Positions 38,609 through 48,230 of a stretch of 64,000 nt of DNA are shown in pieces (position 1 is the stretch's first letter; each line of letters begins with the position of its first letter). A program made the translations under genes and the position numbers. This DNA is from Promethearchaeota archaeon. Lineage in GTDB: Archaea; Asgardarchaeota; Lokiarchaeia; Sigyniarchaeales; SOKP01. The stretch covers positions 1 through 64,000 of the forward strand of contig JBHLON010000009.1 in NCBI GenBank assembly GCA_048940445.1, written 5' to 3'. The notes under the pieces are model-generated. The model did not search any database. It was not told the origin of the DNA and saw only the letters and a program-made list of their open reading frames with translations.

Positions 38609-40246
38609 ATGGTTAAATTTAAACGAGGACATCTTTACTATCCAGAAATTCCAATCTATAAAATTTTAGAAGATACAGCGGAGAGATTTCCAAAGCGATT
38701 TGCGTTCCTATATCCAGAGGAAATGACATTTAAGCAATTTAAAGAACAAGTGGACGTATTTGCTACAGTATTAAACAACCTTGGAATAAAGAAGGGAGAT
38801 CGAGTTGCTTTATATGGACCAAATTCAATCCAATGGGCAATTTGTTTTTACGGATTAGAGAAAGCAGGAGGCATCTTGGTTCCTATGAATCCATTATTTA
38901 AAGAGGTTGAAGTAGAATATGAACTTAATGATTCGGGAGCAGAAACTATAATAGTTTTCCAACCATTATATCCTAATGTAGCAGCAGTTAAAGATAAAAC
39001 GAAACTCAAGAATATTATTATCCTCGAATCAGAGAGAAATCCTGAAACACCAGATTCAACTATTGGGTTTTCAGAGATAATGAAAAATACCAAACCAAAT
39101 CCTCCAAATTACACTTTCAATCCTAAAGAAGATCTTGCTACATTAGTATATACAAGTGGTACAACAGGGTTGCCAAAAGGAACTATGCTTACCCATTATA
39201 ATCTGGTATCCAATGTACTTCAAATATCTCAGATCTTTGAATTAAGTGAATTAGATGTTGCTATAGCTGTACTTCCACTTTACCATATCTATGGATTAAG
39301 TGTGTGTATGAATCAAGCGGTCTGGATAGGAGCAGCACAAGTGATCACTCCGCGATTTGAGGTAAAGCAATTCTGTGAACTCATTGAAAAGTATAAAGTT
39401 ACCTATAGTTTATGTGTTCCTCCCATATTTCTCGCCGTTGTTCGTCATCTAGAAAATGAAAATGTGAAAGGATATGATTGGTCTAACCTTAAAATCTTCA
39501 ATAATGGAGCTGCACCTATTGCTCTAGAACTTCTTGAAAGATTCGATAAATTAGCTAAAGAAAAATGTAATGCAAAAGAAGTAGCGGTTCAACATGGTTG
39601 GGGATTAACAGAAGCGTCTCCAGTTGTTGCAGTAAATCCCATGTACCGTCGTAAAATGGAATCGCAAGGGACTTTAATTCCCGATACATTTCATAAGATT
39701 ATTGATTTAGAGACTGGCAGAGAATTGCCAGAAAGCGGACAAGTCGGTGAATTAGTAATTAAAGGGCCTCAAGTAATGAAAGGTTATTGGAATAAACCTG
39801 ATGCTACAGACGAAGCCTTTTGGATCGATCCCCATACTGACCAAAAATGGTTAAGAACAGGTGATATGGCATATATCGATGAAGAGGGATATGAACATTT
39901 ACTTGATCGCATAAAAGAGATGATAAAATATAAAGGATGGAGCATTGCACCTGCAGAAATTGAAGATTTACTTTTTAAAAATCCAGATGTATTTGATGCA
40001 GCCGTAATAGGTAAACCATCAAAAGAATTAGATATAGGCGAAATTCCGAAAGCTTTTATCATTCTGAAGCCAGAATCTAAGGGTAAAGTTAATGAACAAG
40101 ATATTATAGATTGGGTTGCTGAAAGAATTTCTGCCTATAAAAAAATACGGGAAGTTGAATTTGTAGATACAATTCCAAAATCAGGTTCAGGTAAAATCCT
40201 AAGACGAGAATTAGTCAAACAAGAAAAAGAAAGATTGGAGTTATAA
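38609..40246 (+). CDS. Long-chain acyl-CoA synthetase (AMP-binding)
   Basis: YTSGTTGLPKG, GWGLTEASP, RTGD, PKSGSGKILRR. Confidence 0.92.
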   Translation: MVKFKRGHLYYPEIPIYKILEDTAERFPKRFAFLYPEEMTFKQFKEQVDVFATVLNNLGIKKGDRVALYGPNSIQWAICFYGLEKAGGILVPMNPLFKEVEVEYELNDSGAETIIVFQPLYPNVAAVKDKTKLKNIIILESERNPETPDSTIGFSEIMKNTKPNPPNYTFNPKEDLATLVYTSGTTGLPKGTMLTHYNLVSNVLQISQIFELSELDVAIAVLPLYHIYGLSVCMNQAVWIGAAQVITPRFEVKQFCELIEKYKVTYSLCVPPIFLAVVRHLENENVKGYDWSNLKIFNNGAAPIALELLERFDKLAKEKCNAKEVAVQHGWGLTEASPVVAVNPMYRRKMESQGTLIPDTFHKIIDLETGRELPESGQVGELVIKGPQVMKGYWNKPDATDEAFWIDPHTDQKWLRTGDMAYIDEEGYEHLLDRIKEMIKYKGWSIAPAEIEDLLFKNPDVFDAAVIGKPSKELDIGEIPKAFIILKPESKGKVNEQDIIDWVAERISAYKKIREVEFVDTIPKSGSGKILRRELVKQEKERLEL

Positions 40247-40260
40247 ATAAAAATATGATA

Positions 40261-41058
40261 TTATGGAAGAGACATAATCCTCTTTATCTTTAACCTTATT
40301 GGATATGCAATTTTAGGGCGTTTAGAAATAAAGGAAGCATCAAAATCTTTACTCATACGTTTAGCAATCTCAAATGGAATACCCATTGATAAGTAATTCT
40401 GTGGAAACCAATTATTTCCTGTGGGATCAGTCGGTCCAACAATAATACAATTCTTTGGACCTTTTTCGGTTAACCCTGCTGGATAGGATACAAAAGAAGC
40501 ACAGGAAGAACCCCATGGAATTATAATATTAAAATCTAACTCTGAGCCAAAGAATGCTAATGAACATAGATTTCTTATTTGTTCCGAAATTCCAAAACAA
40601 ATAAATGCTCTAACATTAAAATCTTGCTCATCTATAGAATTATATTTTCGAATCACAGTGTAGTTCCCTAGGGATGTAACTTTACCAATAGAATTTATTC
40701 TCTGTTCAGCAAGATCAGGATTTGCTATTAAAAATTCCGCAGCTCCGCCTCTATAATCTTTTGATCCGGTTGAAAGAAAGTACTTTAACATTGGTACAAA
40801 GGCTTTATAACCAAACCACGCCTGACCCCCTGGACAACATCCCTCTAATGTATCATTTCCAATATATATTGAATTAATCTCTTTACTAATTGATAAATCA
40901 AAAATAGCTTTGGCAATGCACCGATTAATCTTATTTATCGGAACAGCGTTCTCAGGAAAAGATTCGGAACCATATATGCACAACGGACTTGCTTGTAGTT
41001 TTCCTGCTTGTACTAATTTCAATCCAATTTCTTTAATTGTGAAATTCATCATATTCAT
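40261..41058 (-). CDS. DUF169 family protein
   Basis: CCPGG, WGSSC, GPTDPT, MGIP motifs. Confidence 0.65.
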   Translation of the reverse strand: MNMMNFTIKEIGLKLVQAGKLQASPLCIYGSESFPENAVPINKINRCIAKAIFDLSISKEINSIYIGNDTLEGCCPGGQAWFGYKAFVPMLKYFLSTGSKDYRGGAAEFLIANPDLAEQRINSIGKVTSLGNYTVIRKYNSIDEQDFNVRAFICFGISEQIRNLCSLAFFGSELDFNIIIPWGSSCASFVSYPAGLTEKGPKNCIIVGPTDPTGNNWFPQNYLSMGIPFEIAKRMSKDFDASFISKRPKIAYPIRLKIKRIMSLP

Positions 41059-41161
41059 TTACAATTTTTTACATTTAATATTTTTTCAAATGAGCATAAA
41101 CTTCAATTTAATATTATGCTCTATCAACATTTAATATTACCAGAAAAACATTAATTAATAT

Positions 41162-41887
41162 TTAATCAATATATTTCTTTCCATATTTATTGCTATATAT
41201 AAAATCTTCTTTTTCTCTTCGGACTCTTAAATATTTGCGGGTCTTAGAAAGAGCGTAGCCTAATCTGGCACTAAAAGCAATTTTCATTTGATTGGGAATA
41301 TTCAGAATAGTTTTTATCTCTTGTTCGACACCATCTGTACTTAGAGCAGTTATCACGTGAAAAGCAATTCCCAAGGACTCCGCCATTAGCCACATATTTT
41401 CCATAACACACCCGAGACCCATAATGCCCAAGAAATCCCCTTTTGATGCAGGCGCTCTTTTGGTTGGATCATATAATATGATAAGAAGAATTGGATTTGA
41501 CTGTATAAATCTTCCAATAGATGAAACCACTTTTTCGCGGGATTCTTTATCGAGGGTTGGGTTTCTTAATAACGCAGGAGGAAACATTGTACCTAAGAGA
41601 CCGACTTTTTTCTTCAAAAATTCCTCCTTCGAAAAAGAAAGTTGTTGATAATTTTCTCTGATAAATTCGTCTGAAATAGCATATTCTATATTACCAATCT
41701 TTTCTAGAATCTTCTTATTATCGATAACCATTATTTCGAAGTTCTGCATGTTATGAGGCGTTGGGGCCCAACGAGCTGCTTCTAAAATCTGATCTAAACT
41801 TTCCCTTCTCAGAGAACGATTTGGATCAAATGAGGATCTCGTTGATTGCCTATTTTTTATTATATTTAGAATATTATTATTCTTCAT
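41162..41887 (-). CDS. Nitroreductase family protein
   Basis: RQSTR, ARWAPTPHNMQ, ENMWLMAESLG, RLGY. Confidence 0.88.
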   Translation of the reverse strand: MKNNNILNIIKNRQSTRSSFDPNRSLRRESLDQILEAARWAPTPHNMQNFEIMVIDNKKILEKIGNIEYAISDEFIRENYQQLSFSKEEFLKKKVGLLGTMFPPALLRNPTLDKESREKVVSSIGRFIQSNPILLIILYDPTKRAPASKGDFLGIMGLGCVMENMWLMAESLGIAFHVITALSTDGVEQEIKTILNIPNQMKIAFSARLGYALSKTRKYLRVRREKEDFIYSNKYGKKYID

Positions 41888-41911
41888 AGCGAATTTCCTT
41901 CTTTTCATAAC

Positions 41912-42124
41912 TTAATAATTCATTCTACTAAACACTTGGTGAAAATTGCTTTTTGATGTCGTCCTCAAACCTTCGGCTTCGCTAACGTCAGCGTCTTTTA
42001 ATTTCGTTTCTCTTCTTCCACAAATAATGACTTCGTTATCAGCATTTAAGAAGTGTTCTGCAAGGGAGAATGCTATACCCGTTGCTCCACCGGTTATCAA
42101 AATCGTGTTTTTAGTGATTTTCAT
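41912..42124 (-). pseudogene. Truncated short-chain dehydrogenase (SDR) remnant
   Basis: MKITKNTILITGGATGIA...NEVIICGRRETKL is an SDR Rossmann start; similarity is lost after about 45 aa; no YxxxK; third Gly replaced by Ala. Confidence 0.75.
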
Positions 42125-42229
42125 AAATGTACTTATGAGATTGATAATTTAAAGTTATTATCTTAATTTTGTTAATTTGAAAAGGTAATTTATTGTTTTA
42201 TTTTCAAATTTTATTTTAATAACATACTT

Positions 42230-42245
42230 TCAACGAAATTGTTGA
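42230..42245. promoter_or_regulatory. Imperfect palindrome TCAACGAAATTGTTGA upstream of acr3, candidate operator
   Basis: TCAAC-N6-GTTGA inverted repeat about 190 nt upstream of the acr3 start. Confidence 0.35.
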
Positions 42246-42433
42246 TAATAGTTATTTTAATTTTTTATGAGAAAAATTAATAAAAGTAAATAAAATTCAA
42301 TCAGAATATTTTTTTTAAAGACAAAATAAATATATTTGGTTCTCAATTTATTAATTTTGGTAATTGTTGTTGATACTAAAAATTACATCTTTTAATATCT
42401 TTAAGTTCCTAAAAGTAATTGTGAAATATAACT

Positions 42434-43498
42434 ATGACAGAAACTACAGAGACTCCTAAAAAACTCTCAAATCTGGATAAGTTCCTTACACTATGGATAT
42501 TCATAGCAATGGTTATGGGTATTTTGCTTTCTTACTTCATCCCCAGTTTTGAACAATTTCTTTCAATATTTCAAGTAGGTTATACAAATATACCAATTGC
42601 AATTGGGTTAATCTTAATGATGTATCCTCCTCTCGCCAAGGTGCATTATGAGGAATTAGGAGACGTATTTAAGGATAAAAAAGTTTTAGGTTTGGCTTTA
42701 ATTCAAAATTGGTTAATTGGACCGTTTTTAATGTTCGTGCTCGCCATTATATTTCTAGGGAACTATCCAGGATATATGGTTGGAGTCATTCTTATAGGGC
42801 TTGCTAGATGTATTGCAATGGTTATTGTATGGAACGATTTAGCGGGAGGTAGTCGTGAATATGCTGCTGGTTTGGTAGCATTTAATAGCATATTTCAAGT
42901 AATCTTTTATAGCGTGTTTGCATGGTTTTATATTACATTATTACCCCATCTACTTGGTCTTCAATCTAATGTTGTTAATATAGGAATAGGATCAATTGCA
43001 GAAAGCGTAATTATTTATCTGGGAATTCCATTTACGTTAGGATTTCTTACTCGTACTATATTGGTTAAAAAGAAAGGGCATGAATGGTATGCTAAAAAAT
43101 TTATCCCTAAAGTAAGTCCAATCACATTAATTGCTCTCTTATTCACCATCATAGTAATGTTTGGGTTAAAAGGAAATATAATTGTATCAATTCCGTTAGA
43201 TGTAGTTAAAATAGCTATTCCTCTGCTTCTTTACTTCATTTTGATGTTTTTGATCAGTTTTGCTCTGAGTAAAAAACTAGGTGCAGATTATCAGAAATCA
43301 ACTAGTCTTTCGTTTACTGCTGCAAGTAATAATTTTGAACTCTCACTTGCTATTGCAGTATCAATATTTGGCTTAGGATCTAGTATTGCATTTGCTGCAG
43401 TCATTGGACCATTAATTGAAGTTCCCGTAATGATTTCCTTAGTAAATGTTGCAAAATTTTTCAAAAAGAAATTTTATAGATCATCACTAAGAAGTTAG
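42434..43498 (+). CDS. acr3: ACR3 family arsenite efflux transporter
   Basis: [43 protein letters not shown]. Confidence 0.95.
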   Translation: MTETTETPKKLSNLDKFLTLWIFIAMVMGILLSYFIPSFEQFLSIFQVGYTNIPIAIGLILMMYPPLAKVHYEELGDVFKDKKVLGLALIQNWLIGPFLMFVLAIIFLGNYPGYMVGVILIGLARCIAMVIVWNDLAGGSREYAAGLVAFNSIFQVIFYSVFAWFYITLLPHLLGLQSNVVNIGIGSIAESVIIYLGIPFTLGFLTRTILVKKKGHEWYAKKFIPKVSPITLIALLFTIIVMFGLKGNIIVSIPLDVVKIAIPLLLYFILMFLISFALSKKLGADYQKSTSLSFTAASNNFELSLAIAVSIFGLGSSIAFAAVIGPLIEVPVMISLVNVAKFFKKKFYRSSLRS

Positions 43499-43540
43499 AT
43501 AAATTGACTGTTTAATCTGAAGAAAAATCAACTTCAAAAA

Positions 43541-44572
43541 TCATTTAATTTCTGTGTATATAGCTTCATATATATCCCTAATAAAATCCCCTAAATAGCG
43601 GATTAGAAACTCAGGATCAGGCGTTAAAAGTATAAAACGGTAAAATGCATAAAAATCGGCTCCATATAATTGCCAAGTGGGTTTTATTAAAAACTTATCT
43701 GACCATTTTTGGCAAATTCCTTCTAATAACACATCATTACGAGTTACTCTCTTATCTAAATTTAATTCCAAGACATAGCGTACTATTTTATTTTTTTTCA
43801 CATATTTTGAATGAGGAACTTTCTCTTGTTGTTCTCCCTCATCTCTCAGAAAAAAACTTTCTTCCATACTAGTCATCATTTGCAGAGTTTCACGTATTTG
43901 TGATAATTCTTCTTTTAATTGACGCACAATTTTGAATTGCCCTTTCTCTTCTTCAATAATAGCTTCTAGATTGTCTTTTGTTTGTTCTAAACGTTTTAGA
44001 TATTGATCTAACCACTTTTTGGAAATAGTATGATTTATAATACTAGTATTTACGCAATTAATATTAGGAATTAGAGAAACGGTCTCATCTATATGTTTCA
44101 ATTTGGTATAATTGAGTGAAATTTCAATAACAATGCCATCAGAACCATTTACATTGATATAATCACCAACTGTAAACGGTCGGACTAATAGAATCCATAT
44201 TCCCGCAATAAAGTTATTTATTGCATTCATAGAAGCGAATGCTATGGCACTCACGACGATCCCCGACACTATTAATATGTAACTTGACTCAATCTTTAAA
44301 AAATTCATGATCAAAATTATAATTACAATTCCTAAAACTAATCGTACTCCAAACTTTAAACCGTTATAAATATCCGGAGTGGAGCCTTGCAAAGTTATTC
44401 TTTTATTAATCTTTCTAAAAATGTATTTATATATAATAATGATGACCACAATAATCCCTACCAGAAGAATCAATCCCATGATTGGAATTAACCAACCCCA
44501 TAAATCTAAGTATCCTAAAATGCCAAAAAAGTCATCTATCGGGTTAGTTCCTTGAAAAGTTAAGTTGATCAC
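43541..44572 (-). CDS. mscS: MscS-family mechanosensitive channel with coiled-coil insertion
   Basis: 3 TM, NFIAGIWILLVRPFTVGDYI, IPN. Confidence 0.85.
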   Translation of the reverse strand: MINLTFQGTNPIDDFFGILGYLDLWGWLIPIMGLILLVGIIVVIIIIYKYIFRKINKRITLQGSTPDIYNGLKFGVRLVLGIVIIILIMNFLKIESSYILIVSGIVVSAIAFASMNAINNFIAGIWILLVRPFTVGDYINVNGSDGIVIEISLNYTKLKHIDETVSLIPNINCVNTSIINHTISKKWLDQYLKRLEQTKDNLEAIIEEEKGQFKIVRQLKEELSQIRETLQMMTSMEESFFLRDEGEQQEKVPHSKYVKKNKIVRYVLELNLDKRVTRNDVLLEGICQKWSDKFLIKPTWQLYGADFYAFYRFILLTPDPEFLIRYLGDFIRDIYEAIYTEIK

Positions 44573-44575
44573 GGT

Positions 44576-45469
44576 TTATCCTCCTCCGTAAATAGCGATC
44601 ATTAAATCTTTAATGAAGTGTGAGTGGTTTCTAATTATAATTAAAGGATTATGACAATAAATCTTAAACCTAAAATGTACACGCCAATAGATGTATGATA
44701 CAATAAATTGCGGACGATATCGATAAATATTCTTATGTTTATCGCATATTATATTTACAGCTTCGATCGTTTTTTCTGGTAATCGATCTAAATCAACTGC
44801 GATCTCGAAAGTGTATCTAATAATTTCGTTCTCCAAAATTATGCTCTTTAAATCATTCAATTTTAATTTTTTAGATATTTTTTTTTTAATTTTAGTTTTC
44901 TTAGCCACCGTTTTTTCATTAGTCTCTAAAAGCTGCTTTTTCTTTTTAATAGGGCTACCAATACTATTAAGTATTTCTGGGGTTAATTTTACTGTATATT
45001 TAAGAACTTCAGCATCCAGAATAGTCTTATTTGGGATTTTCACGATTGTACCGCTAAATTTTTGAAGTGTTGTAAAATTGAGCCCAATTTCTAATATCAA
45101 TCCATCAATGCCATTAATGTTAACCAAATCATTTACTCTAAAGGGTCTGGATGAGAGTAAGTAAATTCCTGCTACAAATTGGCTTACTACTTGAGTGGAG
45201 GCAAATCCTATAATGACACCGGTGATTGAAGATATAGAAACTAAATAGGAAGAAGCTCCCGGAATAAAAGTAAGAAGAGCAATAATGATTAAAAAGATGG
45301 TTATTAAACGTAGGATTATTTTAATCCCATTTGTTGCTTCAAGAGGTACTCGTTGCTTTTTTGCACCACTTCGAACTACATACATCAGGATGCGATAAAT
45401 AATTAAAATTGTGATAACAATTATCGCCACTATTATTGTTTGCCATAAAAGATCTAACCATGTTACCAT
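44576..45469 (-). CDS. mscS: MscS-family mechanosensitive channel with Lys-rich insertion
   Basis: GFAS..VSQFVAGIYLLSSRPFRVNDLV, IPN. Confidence 0.85.
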   Translation of the reverse strand: MVTWLDLLWQTIIVAIIVITILIIYRILMYVVRSGAKKQRVPLEATNGIKIILRLITIFLIIIALLTFIPGASSYLVSISSITGVIIGFASTQVVSQFVAGIYLLSSRPFRVNDLVNINGIDGLILEIGLNFTTLQKFSGTIVKIPNKTILDAEVLKYTVKLTPEILNSIGSPIKKKKQLLETNEKTVAKKTKIKKKISKKLKLNDLKSIILENEIIRYTFEIAVDLDRLPEKTIEAVNIICDKHKNIYRYRPQFIVSYIYWRVHFRFKIYCHNPLIIIRNHSHFIKDLMIAIYGGG

Positions 45470-45637
45470 CTCTTTTCACCACTTAGATATTATGTTCTTT
45501 ATTCTAAAAACTATTATTATTTATTAATTCTTATTATAAAAATTATAAATAAGGGAAGTTAAACATTAGAAACATCGAAACTCTTTAAGCTTAAACTCTT
45601 TCTTTTCTATTTATCGCTATTTATCTTTTAAAAAAGA

Positions 45638-46006
45638 TCATTTAGCATCTGGATCACTTTTCATTATTCCTGTAACAATCCCTTCAGGATCTTCAAAATA
45701 AGCTATCCACCCTACTCCAGGAACTGCATGTTTAGGGCGTATAATTTTTCCACCATTAGATTGGATCTTTTTAATAATTGAATCAATATCATCAACATCG
45801 ATAGTATTTACTACGTTAGGAAAATCTTCTTCAGCAAAACCAAGACCACCATCAATCCCGGGTTCATCTTCTTTTCCTGTCATAATTAACCAATAGTCTA
45901 TAGGGCCTTCCCACTTTTTTATTTCCCAACTAAATACTTTTTCATAAAATTTTATAATTTTGTCTACATCTTTTACATTCAATTCAAAATGTACAATTCT
46001 TCCCAT
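45638..46006 (-). CDS. VOC family protein
   Basis: IVHFEL, PGIDGG, PGVGWIAYFEDPEG; GAGGTG SD 6 nt before ATG at 46006. Confidence 0.92.
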   Translation of the reverse strand: MGRIVHFELNVKDVDKIIKFYEKVFSWEIKKWEGPIDYWLIMTGKEDEPGIDGGLGFAEEDFPNVVNTIDVDDIDSIIKKIQSNGGKIIRPKHAVPGVGWIAYFEDPEGIVTGIMKSDPDAK

Positions 46007-46028
46007 CTTTTTCACCTCTTTTTCTTAT

Positions 46029-46619
46029 TTAAACGTTTAAATAATTCTTGCCTATACTCCAAGCTTTTCCAGCTTTTTCTCCCATCTTCCAATAGAAATT
46101 ATCATTTTGAGTCAATGTAAATGGTTTCATTTTAGCTAAGTCTGGAACTCCATTTGTTAAATACTTTTCATCCGCATAAGCATTCACTATTTTCCCAATA
46201 AAAATATTATGGCCTTTTTTATCGGAATCAATTAATTCATTTGTATTTAATATTTTTACTACTTCACATTCAAGGTTTAATGGTGCTTGCATTATCATTG
46301 GTGCGGTTTTTAAGTCACCAAAGAATATTTCAAATATTTCTGATTTATTTTGATTTTTACCCGAATGCAAACCACAATAATCAGTAGCTTTGATCATAGT
46401 TTCTGAGGGAGTGTTTACACTAAAAGTTTTATTTTCAATAATACCTTCATTTGTGTAGTGTGAATTTGATGATGATATCAAAATCATTGGAGGTTCATGT
46501 TCAGCCATACAAATCCAAGCAAGTGGCATAAAATTTGGTTTACTCCTTATATTCGCTCCAATTAGAACAACAGGCATTGGATAGATAAGAGGATTAACTC
46601 TAATCTTACTCTTAGGCAA
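46029..46619 (-). CDS. Flavin reductase-like (flavoredoxin) protein
   Basis: YPMPVVLIG, FSVNTP, DYCGLHSG, NLEC, IFIG. Confidence 0.9.
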   Translation of the reverse strand: MPKSKIRVNPLIYPMPVVLIGANIRSKPNFMPLAWICMAEHEPPMILISSSNSHYTNEGIIENKTFSVNTPSETMIKATDYCGLHSGKNQNKSEIFEIFFGDLKTAPMIMQAPLNLECEVVKILNTNELIDSDKKGHNIFIGKIVNAYADEKYLTNGVPDLAKMKPFTLTQNDNFYWKMGEKAGKAWSIGKNYLNV

Positions 46620-46711
46620 GTATCATCAACTTTTGTTTTACTTTAATCCTAATCATTATTAGAATTTAAATATTTGTGATTAGATCAATTTTGAGACTAA
46701 AAGATTCCTAT

Positions 46712-47587
46712 TTAGATCTTGAAAAATATCTTGATAATAATACCCAGAATAAATGACAATCCAGCGATTCCTAGACTAATAAACACCATTTCTAAAAATC
46801 GTTTTTTAAAGTTAAAATCCTTAGCTACAGAAACATAATAATTAAAAACAAAAATAATTAAAATCGCATTGAATAACATGAAACCAAGACAAAAATAATA
46901 ATTTGAATAGATTAAATAAGGGAATATTAAAAGCATTACAGTTGTTAAATAAGCTAATCCAGTATAAACAGCAGCTTTCCGTGGTTTTTTTCCAATTTGT
47001 TCCGATTTAGTTGATAAGTATTCTGAAGTCGCCATAGATAATGTTGCGGCGATTCCTGTTATAAAGCCAGTGGCTGCAATTAATTGACTATTTTGAAATG
47101 CAAAAGTAAATCCTGCAAGAGCACCAGTCAGTTCCACGAGAGCATCATTGATCCCTAGTACCATTGATCCAACATATTTAAGACGTTCTTCATCAATTAA
47201 ATTGATAAGTTCCTGTTCATGGTCAATTTCATCCTCTATAATCTCTTTTGTTTGGGGAAAAATTTTTGTCAATTTTTGATATTCTTGCTGAGCACTTTTT
47301 TCTCCATTTTCCATACGTTTAATGGTAAAAGTTAAACCAAATATTTTTGAGACTACATAGTAAAACCATATCTTCCATTTATTTGGCTCGACTTCCTCTT
47401 TAGAAAGCTCCTTACCAACGTTATAATGTTTTAATTCTTCATCTGCGATCTGTTTTAAAATGCGCTTATTATTTGAGTCTTTAATTGACGTTGCCAGCTT
47501 TTTATATATATGAAATTCCGTAATTTCATTCTTCTGTGCCTTTAATAGCATTTTTTTGACTTCTGGAATCAAAATGTCTTCAGCCAT
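46712..47587 (-). CDS. Rubrerythrin-like + VIT1/CCC1 fusion (MbfA-like iron exporter)
   Basis: E..H diiron motifs (DEELKH, DEIDH), then VLGINDALVELTGALAG and LSMATSEYLS. Confidence 0.9.
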   Translation of the reverse strand: MAEDILIPEVKKMLLKAQKNEITEFHIYKKLATSIKDSNNKRILKQIADEELKHYNVGKELSKEEVEPNKWKIWFYYVVSKIFGLTFTIKRMENGEKSAQQEYQKLTKIFPQTKEIIEDEIDHEQELINLIDEERLKYVGSMVLGINDALVELTGALAGFTFAFQNSQLIAATGFITGIAATLSMATSEYLSTKSEQIGKKPRKAAVYTGLAYLTTVMLLIFPYLIYSNYYFCLGFMLFNAILIIFVFNYYVSVAKDFNFKKRFLEMVFISLGIAGLSFILGIIIKIFFKI

Positions 47588-47649
47588 TCTGTATTATTAT
47601 CTTTTAAAAATATCTATTGAATCATGACTATAATAGAAAATAAGCTTAC

Positions 47650-48033
47650 TTATTCAATATCTAAAGCAGCCCGAGCTTTTTCTAAGTTATCAACACCTAA
47701 AACTATTCTATTATTCTCAGCAAAATAAATTAGGTCGATATTAACACCGGCATTGCCTATTTTTCGAGCCATTTTACCTCCTGTACCCGGTTTTCCTACG
47801 ATATTGCCAATATCCAAGACTAGTACATCACGTATAGCACGAACTTGGAAACCAGCATCTTCGAGAGCCCATTGAGCTGTTGTATCATCTTCAACCAGAA
47901 TGTGAATTACACCCTCATCTTTCTGAGGATAACCACATAAACCTTCCATGTTTATACCCATTTTACCCAAAGATTCTCCCATATCTGCTAATGACCCAGG
48001 TTCATTTTTAACAATAACTGTTAAATCTTTCAA
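47650..48033 (-). CDS. Tandem ACT domain protein
   Basis: NEPGSLA...GINM and KPGTGG...GVNIDLIY; GGAGG SD. Confidence 0.85.
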   Translation of the reverse strand: MKDLTVIVKNEPGSLADMGESLGKMGINMEGLCGYPQKDEGVIHILVEDDTTAQWALEDAGFQVRAIRDVLVLDIGNIVGKPGTGGKMARKIGNAGVNIDLIYFAENNRIVLGVDNLEKARAALDIE

Positions 48034-48230
48034 TATCTTATTCCTCCTTTTTCTTATCTTTATCGCTTTTAATTTTCGTACAAAACTAAAGAAAATGTCT
48101 TAATCATTAGAATTCCTTGCAATAAGAAATTATGATGACCATTTATTAAAACTTTATTCCATCTCAAAGAAGTTTGAAAGATCAATTTACTTTGATCCAA
48201 AATTTGCGAAATTAAATAAAAAAAAAATAA

